Below, one piece after another: positions 13,345 through 27,040 of a DNA stretch of 64,000 bases; within the stretch, counting starts at the first letter, position 1; each line of letters starts with the position of its first letter. The notes under the pieces were generated by a model. The model was not told the origin of the DNA, did no database searches, and saw only the letters and a program-made list of their open reading frames with translations. This DNA comes from Isurus oxyrinchus (taxonomy: Eukaryota), in contig JANJGN010000041.1 in the NCBI GenBank assembly GCA_026770705.1, positions 6,696,001 through 6,760,000 of the forward strand. Direction: 5' to 3'. A program made the translations under genes and the position numbers.

Positions 13345-14290
13345 TATTCATTAAGAGGGTTTTGGCGTCAATCGCTTGCACAGCATTTATTGCCTAGACG
13401 TACCTTGAGAAAATGGTGGTTAGCTGCCTTTTTGAATTGCAGCAGGTAACCCTACATCAATAGTGCTTACAGGGAGGCAGTTCCTGGAATTTGACCCAAC
13501 GACAGTGATAGAACAGGGATCTTTTTTCAAATCAGGCTGGTGACTAACTTGGAGTGGAACTTCCAGATCGTTGTGCTCCCATGCAGCTGTTGCCCATTAT
13601 GCTTCTAGATGGTTGCGGTCAAGGGTTTGGACTGTAATGGCTAAGATGACCTCGAGAAATCATGCAGTGCACCTTGCAGATAGTACATATTGGTGTTATT
13701 GTTCGTTGGTGGTAGAGGGAGTCTACGTTTATTAACGTGGTGTCAATCAAAGGCAGATTTGTCCCAGATGCTGCCATGATTCTTGACTGCACGCAACCAA
13801 GCAAGTGGAGAGTACACCATCACTATCCTACCTTGTGCTTTGCAGATGGTGGAAAGGATTTGGGGAGTCAGGAGGTTGTTACTCGCCACAGGATTCGTTG
13901 CCTCTGAACTGCAGTTGCAGGCGTTGTGTTTAGATCGCCAATCCAGTTCTGCTTCTGGTCAATGATATCCCTTATAATGCTGATAGTGCGGCTTTCGGCG
14001 ATGGTAATAACGGTGAATGTTAATGGGCGATGGTTTGATTTTCTCTTGTGGAGATAGACATTGCATTTTACTTTTATCGTGTGAATTTCCTTAGCCACTT
14101 GTCAGCATGAGCCTGAACATGTTGCATTTGGCCATGGACAACCTCATTACCTCAGGAGGCACCAGTGGTGTTGAGCATTGCACAATCATCAGTGAACATC
14201 CCGATTTCCGTCCTTAAGATGGCGAGAAGGTCATTGATGAGGGAGCTTAACATCGTTAAACCTCGGAAACTACCCTGATGAACTCCGGTT
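13345..14290 (-). mobile_element. CR1-group (Zenon-like) LINE, 3' part
   Basis: Same family as 9410-10800, including the 3' tail gcatttattgcc...ccttgagaa.atggtgg. Confidence 0.65.
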
Positions 14291-15884
14291 CCCTGAGGAA
14301 ATAAAAGGACTGGGAGCTGAACAGTCTGGGTGTATATTTAGAAAGTGCAGGTGCCGATAGGCCAGAGCAAACATTTTGAAAAGAGTGCTAGCTGAGCCGG
14401 CAGTGTGGGCAATTAATATTTCAGGCCCTAAGCAGACAGGGCGAAGATATCAGAAACACTGTAGCTGCTCGAAAAGACGGATCATGTATGTTTTGCCAAA
14501 AGAGGAATTAAATATTGACAATAATTGCTTTTCTTGCGAGCTTTGCCCCTCATGCCATCACTGAAACTGTCTTGCTTTTAGGGTTCAGTTATTGAAGGAC
14601 AGTCGTTGTATTTTTCTATTTAATGCATCTTTAATTGGCAGTTTTACTGGCCAATCATTTTAACGGGTGATTAGGGTGGTTATTCAGTAATGATCAAGAC
14701 GATTTTGGAGTTGTATCTGAGAAAAGCGAATGACCCAGGTAACAGGGACAAGCCGGAGGAGTGGCTGCCGGCTGCATCTTCCTAAAGATGTACAATAAGG
14801 AAAGGATGGGTCAATTGGTCTGCTTCTGTGCTGAAACCCGTCTATGGTTGCATTCTACGAACGGTATTTTAGTTAAGTACATGATAAGAATACACAATGA
14901 AAAGAATTGCAAAACAAATTTTCACATTTTATATGCGTAGGTATACAAAGAAGGAAGTTGACGGTAGGTGGATGTGTGATCAGACGTTTCTTGGCTGGGA
15001 CATCGTGCTGATATTTGGCTGAACCGTCACTCACTATATTGATGAATGATATCAAGATAAACATGTTAAAATAATCGGGAATTATGACAACAGCCATTTG
15101 GTGGCTGTGGGTGTGAAAGGACAAGTTAACATGAAACAGATCGTTTTGTGAAGGAGCATTCGAGGAGTAAGTAGCCCCGTTAATCGTGAAAACTTAAGTA
15201 GGACCTATCTGCGCCTTCAAATGAATTGCAGATAAATCGAATTTAGAATATTTGAATCCAAGATATGGAGCCAGCTCGCAGCCCGATGGATCATGGGAAT
15301 GAGTGATCAATTGCATCAATACCCGTCCTTTCACAAAACACGTGAGGACCTGGCCTTCCTTGTTGAAATCATGTGAGGTTTATGGAACTCTGAGAAGCAG
15401 CTTATTGTGCAACAGTCCCATATTTGGAGGGTGCCAGACTTAATGAAACATGTTATGAAAATTCCCCCTGGGTACCATTTGGTCCAGAAGAGACGTTGTA
15501 GGATATTTGTGACGTTCGTCTATGTTACATTTGTCGAGTTAACATGATACAATTGGTGATGTTTGGGGTGTTCTATTGTCGATCAGAACAAATGTTCCAA
15601 TGAACACAAGGCTGTCAGAATCTGGCACCACCATTCACCCTTTCAAACACTGCAACGCTAACCGTGGCTGCTCAGTAATTTTATCATTATTTGTATTATT
15701 ATTATCACAACTTACAATTCACCATTGATTACATTATACTGTGAAAATGAGTTCAATTCGACATTATATAATAAAAGAGCATTTTAGTAGGATATTATAT
15801 TATCCAGAGTGCTTAAACGTTGTTTCAAGCATTTTGCAAACATGATTTCTTTCAGGGCACACCGTTTTTGTCCCCCTGTAAAGG

Positions 15885-16789
15885 TCAATGGGTTTTCAGC
15901 AGTAATTTGCCAAATTTTAGGCACAGTTTCACAAGATACTGCATTCCACTCTTCAGCTCCTCCCTAAACCTAGCTTGTGTCAGCACATAAATGAATGTAT
16001 TTGTGCAGGAGCTGAGGGACCCAAGCATGAATCCAATTGACTCAAGCTCATTTGTGCCAGAATTCGATGTGATTTTTACATGCAGAGAGATAAAATATAT
16101 AACCGATGTGGTCCAGAGCACTATAAAGGTGCCAGTAATACTGAAGAGTAAAATAATGGACTTTCTTCGGCTTTCTATTTCAGAATCCTTCTGATGTTCT
16201 CCATTGATGCAACCGCGGAGACCCCTGCGAACTTTATTAGCCACCAAAATATGTCTTGCCGTCAAAACATTTAGTGACAAAATTAGAAAGAATGGAACAC
16301 CTGGGGTCAAGGTAAGGGTAAACAAGGCAAATGCGGCCCATTCAGCAGAAATGAAAAATGTCTGTTTTAGTACACAACCATGATTTACATTGTCCATTAT
16401 ATATGCAGGTTCATATGCAAAGTACCAGGGAATGTTTATCAAACAACTCAGTACACTCACCACTGATATGACAACTACCGCTGTTGTCTCCGTGCAATAT
16501 TTTTTTCGCAGTGTCTTACAACATATGACCACAAAACGATCGAAGGTGAACACGACTGTTAACCAGAAAGAGGCTGATATTGCTACATTAATCAGTGTCA
16601 CAGTTAGATAGCACACCGTGCTCGTGGTCAAGAATGAAACAGGGAAATAAATATTCAGCGTATTCTTCAGCATGACTTCAGCACAAACAACCAGGAGATC
16701 CATCGCGGACATGGCAATCATATAGTGGGTAATACATTTGGAGAGGCCACATTTTCCTCGGGAAAGAATCACAATCGTAACAACATTAA
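15885..16789 (-). CDS. GPR139/GPR142-like class A GPCR, exon 2 (end of TM1 to C-terminus)
   Basis: Open 905-nt exon after the acceptor ctctcttacag. Seven-TM hallmarks include VNVVTIVILSRGKCGLS, DLLV, WLTVVFTFDRFVVICC, RRKSIILLF and SSCTNTFIY. Ends at TGA 15885-15887. Confidence 0.92.
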
Positions 16790-19700
16790 CTGTAAGAGAG
16801 GGATAGAGAGTGCAGGAGGTTGATGGCACAGATCAACATGATTAATTTTCTTCCTGTTGCAGCAAGGAATCTTGCATTTGACCCAAAGATGCAGAGTTTG
16901 CATTTCGAGGCGAGCATGTTCTAAATGTAAACTGGACCTAGTGAAAGTGTATAGGGAAGAGAAACATCAGTTTATATTTTATCTTTTGATAGGAACATCT
17001 TCAACATAAACCTGCCAACAGTTGTAGAGAAAAGGATTGAGATTGCTGAATGTGAATGGGAACTGGACAATTTGAAAGCACACAAGTGGCTGGGCATGGT
17101 GAATATTAAAAGGTAAATGGGAGGTGTAAAGATTGAATTCATGTGTGCTGTTACAATGGGAAGTGGGAAATGAATGCACAAAATAAAATCTGGGCCAAGT
17201 AGAGTTATACTCTGGAAGACGTGGTGGTGCAATGCGAGGTCTATAATGTGCAAAGTACTGGGAAGGATGGCAGTGCTACAGGACTTACAGCTTGAAGGTA
17301 AAATATTGCCCAGGGCCACGAATATAACCTGAAAGATGGATGGTAAAAACATAGGGCCAAAGAATGTTCACTGAACTACATCAAAGAACAGCATAGACAA
17401 GGCCGAATGCCAGTTTGCACAGGAGTTATCACAGTGGCGGTACAATGACAATCAGTACAAAGTGACATTCTTATGCAGGCTCCCAGGGAGAAGTGTTATT
17501 CGGGAATGAGAGCTGATCAGTCATGTTTTTTAAGTCAGACTGAGTAACGTGAGATTGATATGCTTGATGGGCAATTTGCAGGATTATTTCAGGTGAATGC
17601 ATCGCTGATTCTTTGCAGAAACAGTGAAGCAACATTGCTATGCAGAATGGGTGCAGTCAGTGCTAATCAAGAAGGCATTTTAATGTCTGACTGGGAACGG
17701 TGACATTGCTATCAGAGTGAGTGGGCAATATTTATTGGCCATAGGGGAGAGTAGACAGGACAGCTTTTCCATTAACTGATTGGCTGCAGAACAAATCACT
17801 TTGTTGCTGAAAGGGCAGAACGGAGTCACTTGTATCTCAAGCACAGCATCCATACGAAGCGATTTGAAATGTGAAGCTGAAAATTGATTTTTCTTGGCAT
17901 GAAGTGCAAAAGACCATGATAAAGATTGACCGTGATGGGCACGTCGATTTGAGTCTCGAGACTAATATATGTTCAGAAAAGTGAAATTACGAATTGTCAA
18001 TGACCTGACGATAAAGACCTAACTGCTAACACACTCATGTTTAAATTAATTTTCTGTACAGCTTATTTCATTTCAGATTGGCCAGGCGTATGCAACCCAT
18101 GACTTCTAGCATTATTTGGTAAAATGCATATATCTTTTTTCAAAATGCAGCATTTTTTAGTGAATTAGCGAAGTTATTCAATGCTGCATTATTATACAGA
18201 AATTTAACTTAAAACACATATACTGATAACTGATTAAATTAAATGATCTATCAAAGTCAAGCCAAAATGATGTGTGCCTCAGTTAATCACGGTTGCATCA
18301 TGATTGCTTACTTACTAAATGATTGCTTACTGTTGCTTACTTACTAAACGTCCATTTGAATTTTGAAGAATAGATTTTCAAAGTGAATCTCACTGAACTG
18401 ATTTGTCGCAGCCACATATGTAATAATTTGACACGCACTTTTATTAAATTATTATTAGTATTTCGAATCAAATTAAATGCCTCTAGCCTGAATTTTCATC
18501 GAAAGTAGGTAACTGGCTCGCTGCCGTAATTTGTTTGTAGCTGTGGTTGCTATGCTATAGGATAGGATGTCAAGGCACTGGCAAAGGTGCAGAATAGCTT
18601 TCCGATTGAATTCTCCGATTAGATCAGGGAGGCACAGATTAGGGAATGTAAACTGCTCATTCCCAAAATAATGGTATGAGTAGATAGAGAGTACCAACTG
18701 TTTTCAAGGCTATGCTATATGGTGCAGACTGAACATAGAGTTTTCGCAAAGTTGAATTCAGGGAAACAACAGTGCATTGAAAGTCTATAAACGGGGTGGA
18801 GAAATAAAATTTTGAATCATATGAATTCAGTAATTGCTGGTTAATGATTTAGATGAACTTTGAATGAAGTAAGGCGAAATAGTCGGATAAATATCAGCAG
18901 CTTTTTACATTTTTGGAAAGATTGCAATTTGGCAATTTTAACCACACACGCAAAAAAAAATCTATTTGCGTTACATAAACAGTCCAGTTGGCAGCCTTTG
19001 AGTCACAATTCTCGAACTCGAATGCCATCATCAAACATTGATTGACTTAATGGAGCTGTTAAATATAATCACAAACAGCTTTGAAAATGCCAGGCAATGG
19101 ATAATAAATAAAGTTTGAGTTTCTCTTGACTTTGTAGACTGCACTGGAAAGGGTGGAGTCATTAGAATTCAAAGCTATTTTGACACAATTGCAGTTTAAA
19201 ATATGTCTCAAAATGAAACTTGACCTTCATTTACCCGATACCTGTTATTATTTGAGTAAACCTAATATATCTATTCCTACAATGACAAGCATTTAAACTG
19301 AGACACATAATTATCCGTGTGCTATTGTGATCTATACAAAGACTGTTCGTCAAGTTATCAACACTTGAAACTGTACTGGCGAGCACTGTAAATAAGGAAA
19401 ACGTTTAACAAGTACAGTAATTTAACCAATTGTATAATAAAGCAGCCAATGTTTGAACAAATAAATTATCAAAAGTATTATCCAATAACTTTTCAGTACA
19501 TTTCTAGAATTTTCTTCCGAATTAAACGTTGAAATGCCCCAGGAATTAACCATCCAATATATACCGAATGAAATAGTGATGCATCCAAAACATTGTCCGC
19601 TATTTAGCTAGCAAATTAAGTACACAGTCATTAAATATATTATCAACATTATTCCCTGCTAAATAAACTAGAGAAATGAACATATATATATGCTGCAGAT

Positions 19701-20171
19701 ATACCCATTGCTCTCTGCAAATGGAATCTGCTTCAGACCTGTTTTGCTGCTTGGGAACAGTAAAATGGAGCAGGTGCAGTGCACTTTGCTTTATGTGCCT
19801 CTTGGTGTCGTTACTCCAAACACCCATTTCTGAAGAACTACAGAGCGATGGAGCTTCCTCCCCGGTCCCAAATCCATATCACCTTAACAACAACGTTCTA
19901 TTCGCAATGTAAGTACAAAGTAACACTTTCCAAGGCATCTTTTGCATGCAAAACAGATCCTTAAGGGCACATTCATTTCAGTGAATTTGTGAATGTTGTG
20001 GCGAACGCACCAGCGAGTCTGATGCACTGAATCGCGTTTGTCCTTACGATGCATTGCTGAAGGCTCGATAGCAGCAGTTACACTCGAGATGTGAGACAAA
20101 TCCTGCGGTGCGGGTTCAAAACGCTAATCGTGATTTAAGATCATAAAGAAACATGACAATAAGTCGACAGC

Positions 20172-20897
20172 GGCCTGGATTTTACGTTATTCGGCAGCGT
20201 GAGATTGCAGAAATATAAAATTAGCCCTTTTCCCACTCACCTTCCCTTAGACCATCTCCTGCTCCACAATTCATTAAATTCCCACTGTGAGGAGGCATTG
20301 AGTGATACAAAATGGGCTCCCCATCCAATCTGCAGTGAAAGCCTGAACATTGTGAGGCAGAGTGTAATGCTGTGAACAGAAAGTCAGCATGGCCGCAACT
20401 CAACACCACCTGCTCTTAGAAACTGTTTTTCCAAAAGATGTTTTTTTTTTATTGAAAGCTCAGGCAAGAAACAAAAAAAGGGAAAAGTAAACATGAAGGC
20501 GCCGCCACCTTCCCCAGCACAATCTGTTGCTAAATTTAGTCATGGCCCCAGAGGCACAACCTCTCTTCCACGTCATTTTCGTCTCATGGTAGCTGCCCAG
20601 AAACATTTTTCTTCTCGCTCGTCTGGGCCACAGTAAGTGCAAAGCACGAATCAAGAAAGCATACAATTGTGCTTTTCTCAAACTCAATACCTTGTTAATT
20701 ACTAACTTGTAAAAGGCGGGCCCGCCCCTTCTCCATCTGCAACTGGGAGATTCATGGAGCTGACGTCATGATGCCCAATGCAGGTCATTGATCTCTGTAC
20801 GGATTGGGCATTTTGAGGGGTGTGGGTGGTGGGGTGTGAGGGTTTTGGGGGGTTTTGGGGGGTGAGGGGGTGCGATTTGCGGACGAAAATTCCAGCC
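20172..20897. mobile_element. Non-autonomous TIR element (PIF/Harbinger-like MITE) in the GPCR intron
   Basis: Ends ggcctggattttacgt and acgaaaattccagcc are imperfect inverted repeats. Confidence 0.5.
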
Positions 20898-21799
20898 AAT
20901 TCTTTTTGTTAAATATTTGGATATTCAAGAGTGAATTCAAAATATACGTTCTCTGCTGGAACCAGTATTCTCCGAAATAATTTACATTTAAACATGCATT
21001 GTGAAGTTAATCTTTCTTGAGCTGGAAGAAAATAAACAGCAAGTGCCGTCATTTCAATCCACAAAGTATATTAGTATTCAAAATTTAGTGATCATGCAAC
21101 ATTTTCTTATCTTTACATCTATTGACAAAGCTCAGAACTTTTATTTCCGTTTTCACTATTCCTTCTTGAAAATAAGGGCTCTCTATGCTGCAGTCCTTGT
21201 GAAGCGGCTGTAAACACAATGCTACAAGAGATGGAATTCCAGCTTTTTGACCCAGTGACAGTCAAGGAACGGTGATGTAGCTCCAAGTCAGCTTGGTGTG
21301 TGACCTGGAAATGATTTTGTAATTAAGAGGGTTCCAATGCCTCTTCTGCTCTTGTCCTTCTAGGCTTTCGTGGTCAAGTGCACAAAAGTAGGAAATTTGC
21401 CGACATTTGTTAAATGTCGACAGCAGCAGTGATCATACCTAACAACAATGCTTAACCTCATGAATTGTAAGGGCTACTTGCAGGCAGAACAGCGTATTCA
21501 GCATGAGAAAGACAGGTCCCATTGATCCCCCTACCAAATAACGATAGCTCAGCTCTGAGGTCCTGTCACAGTCGCCTTGATTGGTGGTGGAAATATCTGC
21601 AACTCACTGGTCGACGGCTCTCCACCAATATCCTCATCGTCAATGTCTGTGGAGCGCAGTACACCAGTGCATATACATGGCTGAAGAATTTGGAGCCACA
21701 TTCACCCTGAAGTGACGGGTGGATGAACCATCCTACCCTCCTCCTGCTGATGAGAAGCATAACAGATGCCGGTCATTTACAATGTGATTCTCGGCCCTT

Positions 21800-22290
21800 G
21801 AAATTAAGGAATGAATGAAAGAATGATATGAGGCAGAGGCTATGTGTCCTTTTATCTAATGCCAATGGTACGGGAGATCAGTGCTCCTCAATAAGCCTTC
21901 CTGTCGAACCTCATATCGTGCATCTAAAATAATGGCACCTACGTGACAATGTGAGCATTTTCACAGGTTTGCCTATCCACAAAAAGAGACGACAAATCCA
22001 AACAATCTAATGACAGCCCCATCTGCCGACACTTCATCATGATCAAAGTGATGAAAAGTTTCATCGACAATGCTTTCAATCGCCAGGTAATCGGCAGCAA
22101 ACAGCTCACTGACGCTAACTTGTTGCATCATGCGAGCTCCAGCTCTCGGTTTGCTTTGGTCCAAGGTGTTCAAAAGTGCAGTACTCATGAGGTGAGGAGC
22201 GAGCGGCAGTGTTTTATAACGAGACAACATTTGTCACACAATGTATCAAGGAGGGCTATAAGAATTGTAGTCATTAAGAAAAACGGGCAA
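21800..22290 (-). mobile_element. RTE-type LINE RT fragment
   Basis: ORF 21973-22230 contains VSVSELFAADY...FGFVVS, resembling RTE-type ELLFADD...FGLTIS. Confidence 0.45.
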
Positions 22291-22299
22291 CTTCGCCAC

Positions 22300-22960
22300 T
22301 GCTTGGCATCTTTGCAGGTGAATCATCTCAGCCCCATGACATCACTGCACAAGAGCCTGAGGGCAGTGTCCTCAGCTGAACCATTTTAAGTTGCTGCATC
22401 AATGAACTTCTCTACATTTTAAACAAAGAAGGAGGTTTGGTGTGGGGAGGAGGGGGTGGGGCAGTGCGAGGGGGTTGTTTCCGCTGATCACTGTTCAAAA
22501 GTTCAGCACCATTCACGGCTCAACAGATGCTGAGGAAATCCTTGCCCATGTGCATCAAGACCTGGGCAATAGCCAGACTTGTGCTGAAAATTGACAAGTA
22601 ATATTCGCCTCACACAATCGCCAGGCGATGTGCACCTGCACCAAAAGAATATCCAACAACATACCCTTGAGCTTTATTGATTTTACGACATCTTAAGCCC
22701 CCATTTTCAAAATGTTTGGGCAAACCATTGACAAGAAACTGTGACTAGGACGGCAGGACATAATCTGAAAATGCTGTGGTGCGCAACGCACCCACTGACT
22801 CTACAAACCCTTTCCTCCATCTGAAATGCACAAATCAGGAGTGTGATGGGAAACGCTACACCTGCCTAGATGCTGTATGCTGCAATAGAATTCAAGGATA
22901 TTGACTTAATCCAGTACAAAGCAGACAGCTTGATTTGCAAACATTCCGTAAACTTAATGA
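22300..22960 (+). mobile_element. CR1-group LINE RT fragment
   Basis: Decayed VPQGSVL.P..F, FADD-like and QDLGN.Q..A.NWQV.FA segments. Confidence 0.6.
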
Positions 22961-24102
22961 TTCAAGCTGTTTAACCTTATCTGAATCATTCCTATTACTG
23001 TTTTTAAAGTTCATATGAATCAGCAGCAAACATCTCAGCGAAATAATCTTATGTAAAAGATGAATTATCCATCCAATTTCTTGGTATTGCTCAATTGCAT
23101 TACTGCTTTCCTAAATACCATTATGCAACACTTTCAACGTGCACCATTTTTCATAGCCTTGAGAGCGTGGGCTACTTAAATGAAATCTCATGACATCACG
23201 TAGTATATGGGCAATGAGTATCCCCTCCTGGTGACCACCTCCCGTTATCCTGAGCGGATGAAACAATAATCATTAATGGCCGGCGTTTTGGGGAGTGACA
23301 AGAAAAAAAAAGTGCTTTACGTCGGGGACCTCGATGTCTGTGAGCAAGAGAGGATCAGTAGCACCACTAATGGCCGAACTGGCAGACTCATAACGATAAA
23401 TGCTAGATTGGGTCTTTGGCAGGTGGTCATGGAAATCACCAGGTGCAAAAACGTAATTGAATTCGCTCTACCAACCTACCCACCACATGTTCATGTATCC
23501 ATTCAGTGATTTATAGCGCAAACGAATTCTGCCTTCATATTGGGGCTTCCATCCATCGTGTTGTGTGAGACAACCATTGTGATAAATGGGGTGGGTTTCA
23601 TCTTGATCAAGAAATCAAAAGTGTGCATTCACGATGCACTGTGGACCATTAGCTGCAGCTGATTTGTGCACAACCATAATTTCTAACCCCATTGCTGTGG
23701 TAATAAGTATGTGATTTGAGAGGCATTAAGATCCGTTAAAAATTGGAAAATGGATCAAAACCATAGGCAAAGACTTCAAGTATTTCAGGTGGAATTTTGC
23801 AGAATGCGAATTTGGCTCTCTGCAGATTTTCACAGATTGGTTTGCACTTGATTATGATAATTATTCCTGAACCCCACCTGCTAAAAGACATTCCGTGAAG
23901 CATGAATAAGGTGTCAGTTGTGGATATCACGGAGTGAAAGACACAGCAACATGAAGGTTTCTGTTAACGTTATGGATAAACACACCTCCCTGCTTTGATG
24001 ACTCCCAACAGTAAAGGAACAATTTCATGTTATCAGACCTGGCGGTTGAGAAAAAACGTGAACATTCATTTATACGTGTAATGATTGTATTTAGGCTCTT
24101 AC

Positions 24103-24172
24103 CAGGAACACCAATAGCCGCGAGAACAGGATAGTAAATAGCTTCTATCTGGCGAAGAATCAGTTCTCCCAT
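24103..24172 (-). CDS. GPR139/GPR142-like GPCR, exon 1 (MGELILRQIEAIYYPVLAAIGVP)
   Basis: ATG at 24172. The 70-nt phase-1 exon ends CCTG|GTAAGA, and G+TT joins in frame to exon 2 (...GVP-V-NVVT), giving a 324-aa protein. Confidence 0.88.
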
Positions 24173-26149
24173 CTTTATGAGGAGATGCCTTTCCTGCAGA
24201 GATGGATGCACAAGACGGAATGAACGTGTCAGCTAAAACGTAGAAAACCTCTATTTAAAAAATTCACTTCAGGAAAGTAGGAGAAATACGTTAAAATCAC
24301 TGGGGGTTCGGAAGGAGGTGCCACATTATTTAATCTGGAGCACCAGGGTAAAACAGGCACGACAGCATTCGTAGCAGTGAACAGAAAAAAGCTGTTAGCT
24401 TTGGTTAACATGATGCACTTTAGTTAACTAATGGAACACCCGGCCGCTACGATCTAGAAAGAGAAAGGCAGCATGAACATGGGAAAGCCACTAGCTGAAC
24501 GTTCCACTCAAAGCCACTCATTGCCCTGGATCAGTACAGAAAAATATCGCCGTTCCTTCACTGTCTCTGTGTCAAATGAATGGAGCACCACCCTCCCCCA
24601 CCCCGCTAACAATACGGTGAATGTAACTACACCACAAAGACCGCAGCAGCTCACCACCCATTTCACAAGGCGAATTAGAGGAAGAAAAAAATGCTGGTAT
24701 TGCCAGCCTTGCCTCATCCATTAATTGAAAGGACAGAAATTTATATGGTTAGTCCCAGAGCATTTTCATAAACGTACGTTGGAAAACAATGAGCTACAGC
24801 AAATTATATCCTCGCTGAGAAGCGCTAACTCCTGTAGAAGCAGACACACCGAGCCTGTTGGAAAACATGAAATGTGGCAATCAGAGAAGCTGTTATGTAG
24901 AAAGCAGATAAATCCCCATGAGCGCATTCATGTCCCCTAAAGAAATCAATTAGTTTCAGTCATTGAACAAACAGGTTACATCAGTCATTCTCCTTCTGAA
25001 AGGAACCGTTTCGAAGTGAAACGGCTAACATTGGAATGATGTGTGTGGTCTATACAATTAAAGGGTCTATATTTTAACAAGCAACGGGTTGATCCAATAG
25101 TGCATATTCACGGCGGGAAATGAATGACCCACAGAGGGATGTTGGGCATGAAATTGTTACTAATTTAGATCAAAATGATTCGAGGAAACTCAATCGGCCT
25201 GAACCACCAGGACAAGAAGTTGGAAAATTTCAGATGTTCACCACTGATTTGTGCTTCGGGACACATTATATTTTCCAACAGGGCACATGACTGAAGTCTG
25301 TCTTTGTCATTTAATCTTCCAGAGGGAACTCATACGCTGCCCAGATCTTTCCGTGGATTCGTCTGGGAATGACATTTCTGTCAGTGACTTGACCTACATT
25401 CTGTGTCGTTGCACATAACTTTGCACCATTTTGCCTGGAAATTATAAGCGCAACTGTAGGACCTGGAAGGTTGATTATGGTGGTGACCTGATGTGCAATG
25501 GAAAGTGTATGTCGAAGGCTTTTGTTTTCTCACCTGATATATTTCAAAGTAAAGCGTTCAAGACAATCCGACCTGATACACCCTCAGTACTGATTCCCCA
25601 CGCAAAGCAATCCTCCTGCTCACCCACTCACATACTCCATCCAGAATGAACTGAATGAAAAACAATTGTTTGAATAAAATAATGGGATATCTAGAGTACG
25701 TCGCTGGAAGGGTATTCCACGCTAAACATTAAACTCTTGGCCCTTAAATTTCTTCTGCAGACCCTCATTAGCAGATGGATGCACTGATTATGATGAATCC
25801 GAATCGATGGCACCTCCGACTTTGGTGTGGGTTGCATTTCAAACAAGCACCAAAAACAGAATAGTTAAATTCAGTAGGTCATTCGGCCCCTTGAGCCTGT
25901 TCTGCAAATCGGAAGGCTCATGGTTTATCTGATCGGTGCCTCAGCCCCGCTGTCCTGCCTGTGTTCCCCCAACCAGCGCCGTACACCGGCCCCCTCCGCC
26001 ATCTCTCTTGCAACACACACTTATATCCTCATGACCCTATTCTCCCTGATTGGTCAATAAGCTATCCAACTCAGCCTTCAATATGCGACAGCCCTAAACA
26101 GATGATCAGTGTCATTTGCTCTTTGGTGATGGCGTCATAATCAGAACGA

Positions 26150-27040
26150 TGCAAAATGGTTCGTTTGTGTGAACCTATTTCCTGTTTACTTGTGGCGCTG
26201 AATAAGGCTTTTTAATGGCTCCAGCACTGTTTGTCATATTTGTGTCGATCATTCTCCAAGCATGCGCTCAAGCAGCTTGAAACAGGATTACACATATATT
26301 TCAGGACCACACGCAGCCTTTTTAAAGAGCAAAGATTAAACCCTTGCACAGAGGTTACAGAGGGAAGTCTTATTCGTGGACCAATGCACACTTATAGCTC
26401 AGTATCCGGAGATATTCAGGTGCGTGCTGAGCGCTTCGCTGCAAAGCCAGAATGTTTTCGATTGACAATATATTTGAGGATACAGATGCTGTATCAAACC
26501 ATTGCTGGTCATGTGCTCCAAGGTACCGCAGCCGCTTTGAACAATGCACTGCTCTGCTCAGTGCGGAATGTTTGCGAACTTGGCAGCATACAGTCCAAGG
26601 GCACAACCTGGATGGGCAAATTACCACCGCCTGACAAAAACAAGCTCGGCACTTGGCAGGCTTCACTCACTGATTTCGGCAAAGAAAACCTGGGTTTTCC
26701 CTCAGATGGAAGGTCGAGGCCTGCCTGGCAGTGCTTTTTATATCTTTTCTATATCAGTGCGAGACTTGCACAACTTTTCGGCCTCATAGAAAGCTAAAGA
26801 AAACTTTCCAACTTCACTGCCCATGAACCATTTCCAAAGGTTGTTGGCAGGACAAAATCCGCAAAACCGATAACCTTACAAAGTGCAGCATTCTTGATAT
26901 TGAAAATATATTCAATAGAACCCCGGTTCCCTGGGTAGGTCTTGTGGTTTATCTGGATAATGCCTACGTACCAATACCCACACTCAGTCAGCACGGGAAG
27001 CTCCACTACAGGATGTCTGAAATCTCAAAGCCAAACTCAG
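26150..27040 (+). mobile_element. RTE (BovB-like) LINE RT and C-terminal fragment
   Basis: APxLF..F, KHALKQLETGLHIYFRT..SLF...RL, and a later WQDKI...WVG.V..LD....P segment. Confidence 0.7.

Noticed and set aside
14600-15660. Second Penelope-like relic on the minus strand
   Set aside because: Only faint motif echoes; too decayed to support by eye.
16790-16829. ORF-track N-terminus MPSTSCTLYPSLT of the GPCR
   Set aside because: Starts at GTG and covers the polypyrimidine tract and acceptor. The real start is in the exon at 24172.
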